From the NCBI GenBank assembly GCA_021107945.1, contig JAIORV010000097.1, forward strand, positions 2,972 through 66,971: DNA of 64,000 nt. Reading direction: 5' to 3'. The stretch comes from Vulcanimicrobiota bacterium (lineage in GTDB: Bacteria > Vulcanimicrobiota > JAJTBE01). Positions 17,225-25,669 of the stretch are shown here, piece by piece (within the stretch, counting starts at the first letter, position 1; every line of letters begins with the position of its first letter). The notes beneath the pieces are model-generated. The model had not been told where the DNA came from. It worked only from the letters and a program-made list of their open reading frames with translations, and did not search any database. The translations under genes were made by a program, and so were the position numbers.

Positions 17225-17535
17225 CGTAGATTTTTTTTTTTTGATCTGCGGCGAGACGCCGCAGCCACCGGCATTGTTATAATGGTGGGGGCGGCGTCTC
17301 GCCGCCCAAACAAGGGGGATATGGGGAATGGGACATGGGAGTCGGGAAGCGGGATCCGTTCCCCTTTGTGGTCTTTGCAATGAAAAACAAATCCGTTATC
17401 GGGACGAGGACGTCCCTCCTATATGGGAAATGGGAAAAGTGATGTGGGAAAGGGGATCCGTCCTCCGTGTCCTTCGTGCCTTCGTGGTAATAAAAAATGG
17501 GATCAGGGCTCCGTTTATCGGGATTGGGAAATCCC
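17225..17535. repeat. mosaic repeat array: T-run, then the GCGGCGAGACGCCGCAG inverted-repeat element, then gggaa/tggga words, then two TTATCGGGA-hairpin-TCCCTCCTACAG modules
   Basis: ctgcggcgagacgccgcagccacc...ggtgggggcggcgtctcgccgc forms a 22-bp-arm inverted repeat. Modules follow at 17395-17430 (stem GGGACG/CGTCCC) and 17510-17545 (stem GGGATT/AATCCC). Confidence 0.8.
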
Positions 17536-17537
17536 TC

Positions 17538-18221
17538 CTACAGTTCTGATACCTGAACTTCGGCCTCAGGCTCTCCTGTCTCCGGCTCCTGACTTCCGGC
17601 ATCTTTTCCCTTGTCTTTATGGGGGATCTTTATGAATTTCATGATCAGGAACCCACCTATAAGTAAAGCCATAAAGGCAATTGTCAGGGTGTTAAAGTGA
17701 TGATCGATAAAGTACTGGATTTTCTCACCGAATATCATGATAAGACCGGCAACCAGGAAGAACCTTGCTCCCCTGCTTATCACCGTTACTATTACAAATT
17801 TCCAGAAATCGACATAAAAAACACCGGCAGATATGGCAAATACCTTGTAAGGTACGGGTGTGAACCCGGCTATCCCGATAGCCCATTCCTCGTATTTCTG
17901 GAAATAACCATGTATCTGTTCAACTCTCTCTTCTTTTACGAATTTCAGGAGGACAGGCTTTCCGCCCTTGATCCCGATAAAGTAACCCAGCATTCCGCCT
18001 GTTACGGATCCCACAAGACATATAAGCGCATATAAAAGCGCCAACTTCGGATTTGCCACGCACATTGCGACAAGCAGGAGGTCCGGTGGAACGGGAAAAA
18101 ACGATGACCCGGAAAACGCCAGAATGAGAAGGGCAATGGGTGCATACGGCGTCTGAGCCCACATGAGAACCCAATCTTTCAGCCAATGTATCCAGTCTAT
18201 TGCATTATGAAACAACTGCAT
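17538..18221 (-). CDS. DedA/YqaA (SNARE-associated, TVP38/TMEM64) family membrane protein
   Basis: FFPVPPDLLLV motif, about five TM helices, and a charged C-terminal tail. Confidence 0.6.
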   Translation of the reverse strand: MQLFHNAIDWIHWLKDWVLMWAQTPYAPIALLILAFSGSSFFPVPPDLLLVAMCVANPKLALLYALICLVGSVTGGMLGYFIGIKGGKPVLLKFVKEERVEQIHGYFQKYEEWAIGIAGFTPVPYKVFAISAGVFYVDFWKFVIVTVISRGARFFLVAGLIMIFGEKIQYFIDHHFNTLTIAFMALLIGGFLIMKFIKIPHKDKGKDAGSQEPETGEPEAEVQVSEL

Positions 18222-19062
18222 TCTTTACTCCTTTATTTATAAGCTTTTCGAGAAGAACGCCCGCCATCTGACGCCTGTATTTATCGGTGGAGCGAAGGTC
18301 GGTTATGGGAGTTACTTCCGTTGTGATGATTTCACAAGCTTCCTTAACAACCTCATCGCTTATTTCCTTGCCGTTCAGGTATTCCTCGGTCTTTGGTGTG
18401 CGGACAACGGTCGGAGCCACAGCTCCGAGAGATATTCTTACATCCTCCAGTTTGTTACCGGTTATATTGGCGCAAAATGCCATGGAAACTTTTGCGCATG
18501 CAAGAGCTTTTCTCTGCCCCAGTTTTATAAAATCAGAAAAATATGTATTCTCAAGAGGTTTGAACCTTATAGCTGTAAGTAATTCCTGGTCCGTCCTTAC
18601 GGTTTTTCCAGGTCCGGTGAAAAAATCAGATGCTTTTACGAACCTGCTTTTCCCCTTACTTTCAAGTCTAAATTCCGCATTGAGAGTGTATAGAGCGGGA
18701 ATTGAGTCACCTGAAGGTGAGGCATGACAAATATTTCCTCCTATCGTCCCCCTGTTCCTGACCTGTGGCGATCCCACAGAGGCACATGCCGAGGCAAGCA
18801 CATTTGCTTTTTGGTTTATTAGATCCAAGCCTGCAATCTCACCATGAGTCGATAGAGGCCCAATATAAATATATCCATCCCTTTCCTCGATAAATTTAAG
18901 CTCTTTTATATAACTTAAATCGAGAAACGAGTGTCGATCCAATTTCTTTTCCTCTTTTAAGACACTTATATCGGTGCATCCCGCGACAGGCCTGAGTCTG
19001 TCTCCCTCTCTTTCAAGAATCATAAGTGCTTCCATAACAGTTTTGGGGCGGTAATATGCCAT
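18205..19062 (-). CDS. FAD-binding (medium) subunit of a molybdenum hydroxylase, CoxM/XdhB/YgfM-like
   Basis: N-terminal YYRPKTVMEALMIL, AGCTDISV (AGGTDL-like) and RNRGTIGGNICHASPSGDSIPAL match CoxM-family FAD-binding motifs. No large molybdopterin or FeS subunit is adjacent. Confidence 0.75.
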   Translation of the reverse strand: MAYYRPKTVMEALMILEREGDRLRPVAGCTDISVLKEEKKLDRHSFLDLSYIKELKFIEERDGYIYIGPLSTHGEIAGLDLINQKANVLASACASVGSPQVRNRGTIGGNICHASPSGDSIPALYTLNAEFRLESKGKSRFVKASDFFTGPGKTVRTDQELLTAIRFKPLENTYFSDFIKLGQRKALACAKVSMAFCANITGNKLEDVRISLGAVAPTVVRTPKTEEYLNGKEISDEVVKEACEIITTEVTPITDLRSTDKYRRQMAGVLLEKLINKGVKNAVVS

Positions 19063-19336
19063 CTTAATCCTCCGGAAATAATATTTTCAACCTGATATTC
19101 TTTTTCCGGCAAGATATTCCTGTTACATCAGGTTGAGTATCCCGGGGAAGGATTTTATATTGTTTTGCCCGAATTTGTATATGATAGTAGATTCAAAAAG
19201 GAATTAGCTATTTACAATAATAAATGTCGATTTAATTGGAATGACGATAAAACCGCAAAGAAGCAAAGAACGCAAAGAAAGTTATTATTAACCTTTGTGG
19301 TCTTTGCGGTGAATATATTAAAAAGGAGTTTTGCAC

Positions 19337-20632
19337 ATGCCGGCAATCAATCCTGAAAACACAATATTTGTAGCCCTCTCTTTCGAGGGGCCTGATGTTT
19401 ATTCACAGGCAGGCGGGCTGGGCGTAAGAATGACGGAATTATGCCGCGGCCTTGCCGAGTGGGGATTTGAAACACATCTTTTCTTCATAGGAGATCCTAA
19501 AAAACCAGAGGAAGAAAAACATTTCAACAACAAGCTGATTCTCCACCGCTGGTGTCAGTGGATAAGTAAACACCATCCCAATGGCGTATATCAGGGCGAG
19601 GATGGAAAAATTAACGATTACAGGAATTCAATCCCGCACCACCTTGTCGAAAACATAATTTATCCCGCCGCACTCTCAAATAAAAGAGTTGTTATCCTGG
19701 CGGAGGAATGGCACACGACAAGCACCGTGATTAAACTTCATCACTATCTCAAGGCGGTGGGATTGAGAGATTTTGTTATAATTTTCTGGAACGCCAACAA
19801 TACTTATGGATTCTGGAACGTCGAATGGGAATCGCTGAAAAAGGCCTGCACGATAACCACGGTCAGCAGGTATATGAAGCATATTATGTGGAAATATGAT
19901 ATTAACGCCATGGCGATACCCAACGGTATTCCCAGGAGATTCCTCGAGCCTCTCGACAGGCGGTGGGTCGATTATTTGCGGCACATATTCCACAATAAAT
20001 ATTTCCTGGTAAAATTCGGCAGATATACACCCGACAAGAGATGGGTGATGGCGGTTGAATCTATCTGGAAGCTGAAGAGTATGGGTGAGGACTCTTGTCT
20101 TGTAATGAGGGGAGGTATGGAACCGCACCGGGCGGAGGTAATGAGGGCTGCAAAATTCTTAGGGTTGAGAGTCAAGGAGCTTGAATCGAACGAGGTCGGT
20201 GGAAGAAGCTTCGAGGAGATTGCAGGCGCACTTGAAAAGTACAGGGATTATGACATTATAGAAATGAAATTCTTTGTTCCCGATGAATTCAGGAATCTCA
20301 TGTTCGCCTCGGCTGATGCTGTTCTTGCCAACTCTGGACATGAGCCTTTCGGTATAGTGGGGCTAGAAGTTATGGCGACGGGAGGCCTTCCATTAGTCGG
20401 CACGACAGGAGAAGACTACGCCCAGGCTTTCCAGAATTCCATCACCGTGGAATCCGACGACCCCGGCGAAGTTGCTTCATATTTAAAGTATCTCCAGGAA
20501 AACCCCGGAATGATCAGGAAGATCCGGCAACAGGCACAACATACGGCGCAGATGTACACATGGGACAGGGTGCTGGAGGATCTCCTGGGAAAACTGGAAT
20601 ATATCGGAAGAGCATTTGGAGTTATAGGTTGA
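19337..20632 (+). CDS. GT-B fold glycosyltransferase (GT4-like, sucrose-phosphate-synthase/glycogen-synthase-like)
   Basis: C-terminal EPFGIVGLEVMATGGLPLVGTTGED is the GT4 nucleotide-sugar-binding motif. The ATG at 19337 sits 7 nt after AAGGAG. The track's TTG at 19331 is less likely. Confidence 0.65.
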   Translation: MPAINPENTIFVALSFEGPDVYSQAGGLGVRMTELCRGLAEWGFETHLFFIGDPKKPEEEKHFNNKLILHRWCQWISKHHPNGVYQGEDGKINDYRNSIPHHLVENIIYPAALSNKRVVILAEEWHTTSTVIKLHHYLKAVGLRDFVIIFWNANNTYGFWNVEWESLKKACTITTVSRYMKHIMWKYDINAMAIPNGIPRRFLEPLDRRWVDYLRHIFHNKYFLVKFGRYTPDKRWVMAVESIWKLKSMGEDSCLVMRGGMEPHRAEVMRAAKFLGLRVKELESNEVGGRSFEEIAGALEKYRDYDIIEMKFFVPDEFRNLMFASADAVLANSGHEPFGIVGLEVMATGGLPLVGTTGEDYAQAFQNSITVESDDPGEVASYLKYLQENPGMIRKIRQQAQHTAQMYTWDRVLEDLLGKLEYIGRAFGVIG

Positions 20633-20704
20633 TGGAGGTCGAAATTGTAGGAGGGACGTCCTCGTCCCGATAAACTTAAGCTTTAATAAGGAGCATAATT
20701 AATC

Positions 20705-22057
20705 ATGGAAGAGAAGCGAAAAATAGTAATAGGCAATGCCAACATCATGACGCTGGGAGAGAGCAACCGTTTCATCAAAGACGGGGCGGTGTATGTCGAG
20801 AATGGAATAATAAAGGACATCGGCCATACTGTCGAGATTTCCGACAAATATCCCGGTTCTGACTTCGAGGATATGCGGGGACTTCTCATGCTTCCCGGTA
20901 ATATTATAGCCCATACTCACCTTTACTCCTCGCTTGCAAGGGGAATGGGACTCAAGGACGATGCGCCTTCGAATTTTGTCGAGATTCTCGAAAGATTATG
21001 GTGGAGGCTGGACAAGGTTCTTACCGAGGAGGACAATTACTACTCGGCGATGGTGGCTCTCCTGCAATGTATAAGGTATGGCACAACCACGATCATCGAT
21101 CACCATGCAAGTCCCGGGGCGATCGGGGGAAGTCTTGATGTGCTTGCAAGGGCGGTTTTCGAGTCGGGAATCCGCGCTTCTCTTTGCTATGAGGTAACCG
21201 ACAGAGGCGGCGAGGAAGAAGCGATAGCGGGGATAAAAGAAAATGTCCGATTTATGAAAAAATGCAGACAATATCCCACAAGCTTTGTCAGAGGGGCATT
21301 CGGAATACACGCGTCTTTCACCGCGTCGGACGAGACATTGAAAAAATGCCTGAAAGAGATTGAAGGTCTCGATAATGTTGTATTCCATCTTCATGTCGAG
21401 GAGGATATGGCCGACAGGATAGACAGCGAGGAGAAATACGGCGTCCCCGTGCTGTTCAGACTGAAGAATATGGGAGTAACGAAACACCCGGTTCTTGCCA
21501 TACACTGCGTTAACATCAGGGAAGATGAAATAGACATTCTTGAGTCGGAAAAGATCCTCGTGGTTCACAACCCGGAATCAAATATGAACAACGCCGTAGG
21601 GGTCGCTCCCGTGTTGGAAATGATGGACAGAGGCGTAACGGTTGGACTGGGAACCGACGGTATGACCGCGGACTATTTCCAGGAGATGAAAGTTCTGCCA
21701 CTTCTTCACAAAATCCATTCCGGCGATCCCCGTACATACTCGTTTGACAGGCTCTACCAGACAATATTCCTCAACAATCCAAAGATCTGTAAGCATTTCT
21801 GGAAAGATGCCTCGCTGGGGGCGATTGAGCCGGGAGCCTATGCGGATTTAATTGGACTTGATTACATTCCGCCCACACCTTTGAATGCGGACAACTTCCT
21901 TGGGCATTGTCTGTTCGGCATGAATTCTTCCATGATAGACACCACAATCGTAAACGGTCAGCTTTTAATGAAAAAGAGAAAGATCCTTCACCTTGATGAG
22001 GAAAGGATTTTCGCCCGTTCCAGGGAGCTTGCGTCGAAGCTGTGGAAGAGATTTTAA
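20705..22057 (+). CDS. amidohydrolase of the SsnA / chlorohydrolase / nucleoside-deaminase family (SsnA-like)
   Basis: LMLPGNIIAHTHLYSSLARGM resembles the SsnA HNHFYSGLSRG metal-binding region. The amidohydrolase fold runs throughout. Strong RBS taaggag. Confidence 0.7.
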   Translation: MEEKRKIVIGNANIMTLGESNRFIKDGAVYVENGIIKDIGHTVEISDKYPGSDFEDMRGLLMLPGNIIAHTHLYSSLARGMGLKDDAPSNFVEILERLWWRLDKVLTEEDNYYSAMVALLQCIRYGTTTIIDHHASPGAIGGSLDVLARAVFESGIRASLCYEVTDRGGEEEAIAGIKENVRFMKKCRQYPTSFVRGAFGIHASFTASDETLKKCLKEIEGLDNVVFHLHVEEDMADRIDSEEKYGVPVLFRLKNMGVTKHPVLAIHCVNIREDEIDILESEKILVVHNPESNMNNAVGVAPVLEMMDRGVTVGLGTDGMTADYFQEMKVLPLLHKIHSGDPRTYSFDRLYQTIFLNNPKICKHFWKDASLGAIEPGAYADLIGLDYIPPTPLNADNFLGHCLFGMNSSMIDTTIVNGQLLMKKRKILHLDEERIFARSRELASKLWKRF

Positions 22058-22074
22058 AAATCTGGCGGGTAAAT

Positions 22075-22480
22075 ATTTGAAGGATCAAAATTAACCGCAA
22101 AGAAGCAAAGAACGCAAAGTGGTCTTTGTGGTGAAAAAACAAATCCATTATCGGGACGAGGACGTCCCTCCTACAGATCTGGAGAATTCCAACCTCCGAA
22201 TCCCTCTGTGGTCTTTGTGGTCTTTGCGGTGAATAAACAAATCCGTCGTCCATTATTCGCAATCCGTTTATCGGGATTAGGAAATCCCTCCTATAAAGGA
22301 AAGGGGAAAGGGGACATGGGAAACGAGATCCATTATCCGTCATCCATTATCCATTTTCCAATATCCATTATCCGTTTGTCGAGATGGTCATACAGATTCG
22401 ACCTGCGTCATCAGTTTTCCGAATCCCTCCGTGTTCTCCGTGGCTTCGTGGTGAATGGAAAAAGAGAAAAGGGATTCTTC
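22075..22480. repeat. mosaic repeat array (ccgcaaagaagcaaagaacgcaaag words, two TTATCGGGA-hairpin modules, atccattatccg words)
   Basis: Modules at 22155-22190 (stem GGGACG/CGTCCC) and 22262-22300 (stem GGGATT(A)/AATCCC). ccattatccgtcatccattatccattttccaatatccattatccg lies at 22320-22380. Confidence 0.8.
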
Positions 22481-22485
22481 CTCCT

Positions 22486-24126
22486 CTAATCCTCCGTTTT
22501 ATCCTCCACACCCATGTTTTTCATCAGGTTGCCCATAAATTCATTAAACCTGAGAATTACCCCGGAGATCTCGTCCTTTGATTTGATTTTCCTGAAATTT
22601 TTCAGATCAACCGGTATTTCCACAGGCATAACAAGCATGCGCTCCATAAGGCAATACCTGTTTTTTATTATGGCCTTCCTGTCCAGAACAAGTCCGATTA
22701 TTGCCGATGATTCCTGGTTCTGCGGAATATAGAATACATGAGCGGGAATTGTCGCCGATTGACTCCTGATAACTTTTAGCGACTCATATACATTTATCCC
22801 GTGAAGCATCAGCCTGTTTATATAATCCACATGGGGTCCTATCACGATGTAGCCTCCGGGCAGATCAAGAAACTCTCTTTCATCCGGGTTTCCGTCCTTG
22901 AATTCAATTTTCTGATCCCATTCATAAGGTTTATTGTTTATGCCGACCCGAGCTTTGAACGTATGCGTCGAAGAATCTTTTCCATTTATCTTTACATTTA
23001 CCGGGATTGTTTTCATTTCAAGGGTAATAGAATCTCTCTCCCGTGCGAACTCCCTGGACTTATCGACAAGACTTTTTACCTTCTTTTTGTTTCCCGCTAA
23101 CTCGTCCAGAATAATCATCAGGGTTTGTTGCTGCCAGTCCAGTCTTTTATCTAGTGTTTTCAGTCCCTGGTCATATGCGCTTGTTTCAATCAAGAATGTC
23201 ATTGCGTTTCTGAGATTGAAGTAATCCGCCGCCGTAACGCCCATATTCTTCATCGATCCCAGGTCGCCGTAGGGTCCTGCGTAGTAAAAAGCTCTTGTTC
23301 CTCTTGATTTCAATATCGGGAATACCTTTTTATCACATATTTCCCTTGCATATTTTGCCAGAGGCGGATAGACATCGGGGTTCCTTCCCGCTCCCAGTAG
23401 TATATCGAAGCAATCCGACATCCACCATGCATGACTTGTTACAATAACGGGAATCGAGGAGAATTCGTGCAAATCAAAGACAACATCGGGAGAAACGCGG
23501 TTAAAAACTCCCACACAAGCACGGGCTTCGGAACTTTTCAACGCCTGATAATCCCTGTTTATATCTGTCTCACTCAGATTTCCTCTTCCACTCCTGCCCC
23601 AGAATCCGCCGATTTTTTCATAACTTTCAAGGGCGTCGCCGGCTCCGTTGGGATTGAGGCAGGGGATAATATAGAATGTAAAATTTTCCAGGTAATTTGT
23701 CGTCCTGCTGTTTTTTTTGCAGGCCATATCCCTGACAAAGCTAATAATCGCTTCCATCCCGGCAGGTTCACTCCCATGAGCTCTGGCGATTATCATGACT
23801 TTAAGCTTCTTGTCGTCGGGAATTTTTTTGTTGTCGATAGTCACAAGATATATGGGTGTATTATACCTTTGGCTTGTTCCTGCTTCTTCTATCGATATGT
23901 TCTTGTTTGACTCGGCAATTTTTTCCAGAAAATCAACCATTTCCTGGTATTTTGTAAAATAGCTGCTCTTTTCAAATGGGGTCTGCAGTTTCTCGCCGGA
24001 AGATGCAAGACGGTTCTGAGACAGAACCTCAGCTATCTCCGCGGAATACGCACAAGGAGCTATAGAGAAGATCGGAATAAATAAAAAAAGATAGTAGAAC
24101 GCTATTTTAGATTGCTTTTTACTCAT
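22486..24126 (-). CDS. secreted M14-family zinc carboxypeptidase-like protein
   Basis: Signal peptide present. IIARAHGSEPAG is an HxxE zinc-binding motif of M14 type. There is an additional C-terminal domain. Confidence 0.5.
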   Translation of the reverse strand: MSKKQSKIAFYYLFLFIPIFSIAPCAYSAEIAEVLSQNRLASSGEKLQTPFEKSSYFTKYQEMVDFLEKIAESNKNISIEEAGTSQRYNTPIYLVTIDNKKIPDDKKLKVMIIARAHGSEPAGMEAIISFVRDMACKKNSRTTNYLENFTFYIIPCLNPNGAGDALESYEKIGGFWGRSGRGNLSETDINRDYQALKSSEARACVGVFNRVSPDVVFDLHEFSSIPVIVTSHAWWMSDCFDILLGAGRNPDVYPPLAKYAREICDKKVFPILKSRGTRAFYYAGPYGDLGSMKNMGVTAADYFNLRNAMTFLIETSAYDQGLKTLDKRLDWQQQTLMIILDELAGNKKKVKSLVDKSREFARERDSITLEMKTIPVNVKINGKDSSTHTFKARVGINNKPYEWDQKIEFKDGNPDEREFLDLPGGYIVIGPHVDYINRLMLHGINVYESLKVIRSQSATIPAHVFYIPQNQESSAIIGLVLDRKAIIKNRYCLMERMLVMPVEIPVDLKNFRKIKSKDEISGVILRFNEFMGNLMKNMGVEDKTED

Positions 24127-24440
24127 ATACCCACCATTTCCTTATTTTTCCCTCAACTTTGTCACATACCCGCCATACTCCTCTTGTATGGTAGTAAAAT
24201 AACCAGGTAGAATAGAGAGCCGGCGTAGCGGCATTGCTTCTATCTCCGGCTCCCCCTCATCAAACCGTATGTTCGTGCAATTGATGAAAGAGTTTGGGAT
24301 TCACTATTTTTCCGGACCGCCCGAAGATGTTGAGGAAAAAAGCTCTTTCCAAAGGCGGAAGGCGGTTAAAAAATGATAGTTCAAGACCTGACCCCTACTT
24401 GACATCATCATTGTTCTATATTATAGAAGCTTTGGATTTA

Positions 24441-24620
24441 ATGTTAAAAAACCTTTTCTCATCTACAATCAGAATAAAATTGCTGAACCTTTTCTTAACC
24501 AATCCTGATAAGAACTTTTACATAAGAGAAATACAACGGTTGGTCAAGAAAACTCTTTCTGCCATCCGCAAAGAGCTTAACAATCTGGAAAGCATAAGGA
24601 TTACCAAATGGGAAACATGA
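24441..24620 (+). CDS. possible small winged-helix (ArsR/TrmB-like) regulator, convergent with the 24628 gene
   Basis: MLKNLFSSTIRIKLLNLFLTNPDKNFYIREIQRLVKKTLSAIRKELNNLE has the spacing of a wHTH N-terminus. An upstream TTGACA-17-TATAGA sequence is promoter-like. The upstream part of the longer ORF lacks coding character. Confidence 0.3.
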   Translation: MLKNLFSSTIRIKLLNLFLTNPDKNFYIREIQRLVKKTLSAIRKELNNLESIRITKWET

Positions 24621-24627
24621 AGTCTGA

Positions 24628-25641
24628 TTAGATCAAATCATCAATACTGATCTCTTCTTTTGGAAGATTTTCAAGCTCTTTTTGATTCCCAGCCCCTCCG
24701 AAGAAATTCGAGAGAGCAACAGTCTCTTCTTCTTTGGGATTTTCAAGCTCCTTTTTGATTCTATCAATTGTGTCTCTTAGCTGCATGATTTCATCATTTG
24801 TGGGACTTAAAGGGCAGGGCAAATTTATATTAATGATAAGAGTAATGGGAATATTCTCAGCTTCTTTGGGGGTTTTACCTGTCATTTCTTCAGTTTCCGG
24901 GAATGTGGTGATATTAACTATTGCTCCATCGCTCTTGATATTAAGGACTTGTTGAATATCTTTTTCCTTCTCATCCAAAGCTGCATTATCCTTTTCCAAC
25001 GCTATTTGAACGATTTTTTCCCCTCTTTCATTTTTAACTCTTTTATATTCTGCAATGCTATAATTACTCAGCAATAAGATCGTTGGAGAAATCTGTGTGT
25101 ATTTTATCTTATCGCAATACTCAATCTCTATTCTTTGCACCAATTCATTCCATGTCAATGGTCTGTCAAAAAAGGAAATTAACTTCTTATATACAGGGGT
25201 TCTGAACAGGATTTTCTTCATGACCTCCTTTGATTTCTCTCTGTTCCAGGGAAGCATCTTGACAAAATCAACAAGATTCGGAATTGGTAATATGGTTAGA
25301 TCAAGTGGAGAACTCACAGATCTCAGATATTGCACCGGATTCTCCACAATATTTCCTGAAGAATCCAGGATATGTATCATCTTATTTGAACATAAGAACC
25401 TGGTGAAGAAACTTACTGTTTGGTCTTTAAGTTTCCCCTCCATATACTCAATTATTTTCCTGGGATCTGTGGGCCTTGTACCATGTTCACTCGTAATTGC
25501 CATAGTTACAAGGAAATCCTCAAATTCATTGTGCTGATAATATATGATGAGATAATCCTTCAGAGGAATTAATGGAATTGATGGTTTCTTGCTCTTTTCC
25601 GTTTGCATCTTATTCACTGGCCTTTCAGAATTGTTCATCAT
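24628..25641 (-). CDS. hypothetical protein (~337 aa), downstream partner of the P-loop NTPase gene
   Basis: No recognisable motif. Start placed at the internal Met pair, 28 nt after the upstream stop. Codon usage is AT-rich. Confidence 0.45.
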   Translation of the reverse strand: MMNNSERPVNKMQTEKSKKPSIPLIPLKDYLIIYYQHNEFEDFLVTMAITSEHGTRPTDPRKIIEYMEGKLKDQTVSFFTRFLCSNKMIHILDSSGNIVENPVQYLRSVSSPLDLTILPIPNLVDFVKMLPWNREKSKEVMKKILFRTPVYKKLISFFDRPLTWNELVQRIEIEYCDKIKYTQISPTILLLSNYSIAEYKRVKNERGEKIVQIALEKDNAALDEKEKDIQQVLNIKSDGAIVNITTFPETEEMTGKTPKEAENIPITLIININLPCPLSPTNDEIMQLRDTIDRIKKELENPKEEETVALSNFFGGAGNQKELENLPKEEISIDDLI

Positions 25642-25669
25642 ATTCTCCTGCTTTAATAAAAAAATATCT

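Noticed and set aside
17221-17300. GC-rich hairpin with adjacent T-run as a rho-independent terminator for the DedA/CoxM operon
   Set aside because: On the minus (transcribed) strand the run reads as poly-A 3' of the hairpin. On the plus strand the T-run is 5' of the hairpin. Neither orientation gives hairpin-then-U-tract, so I treat it as a repeat element rather than a terminator.
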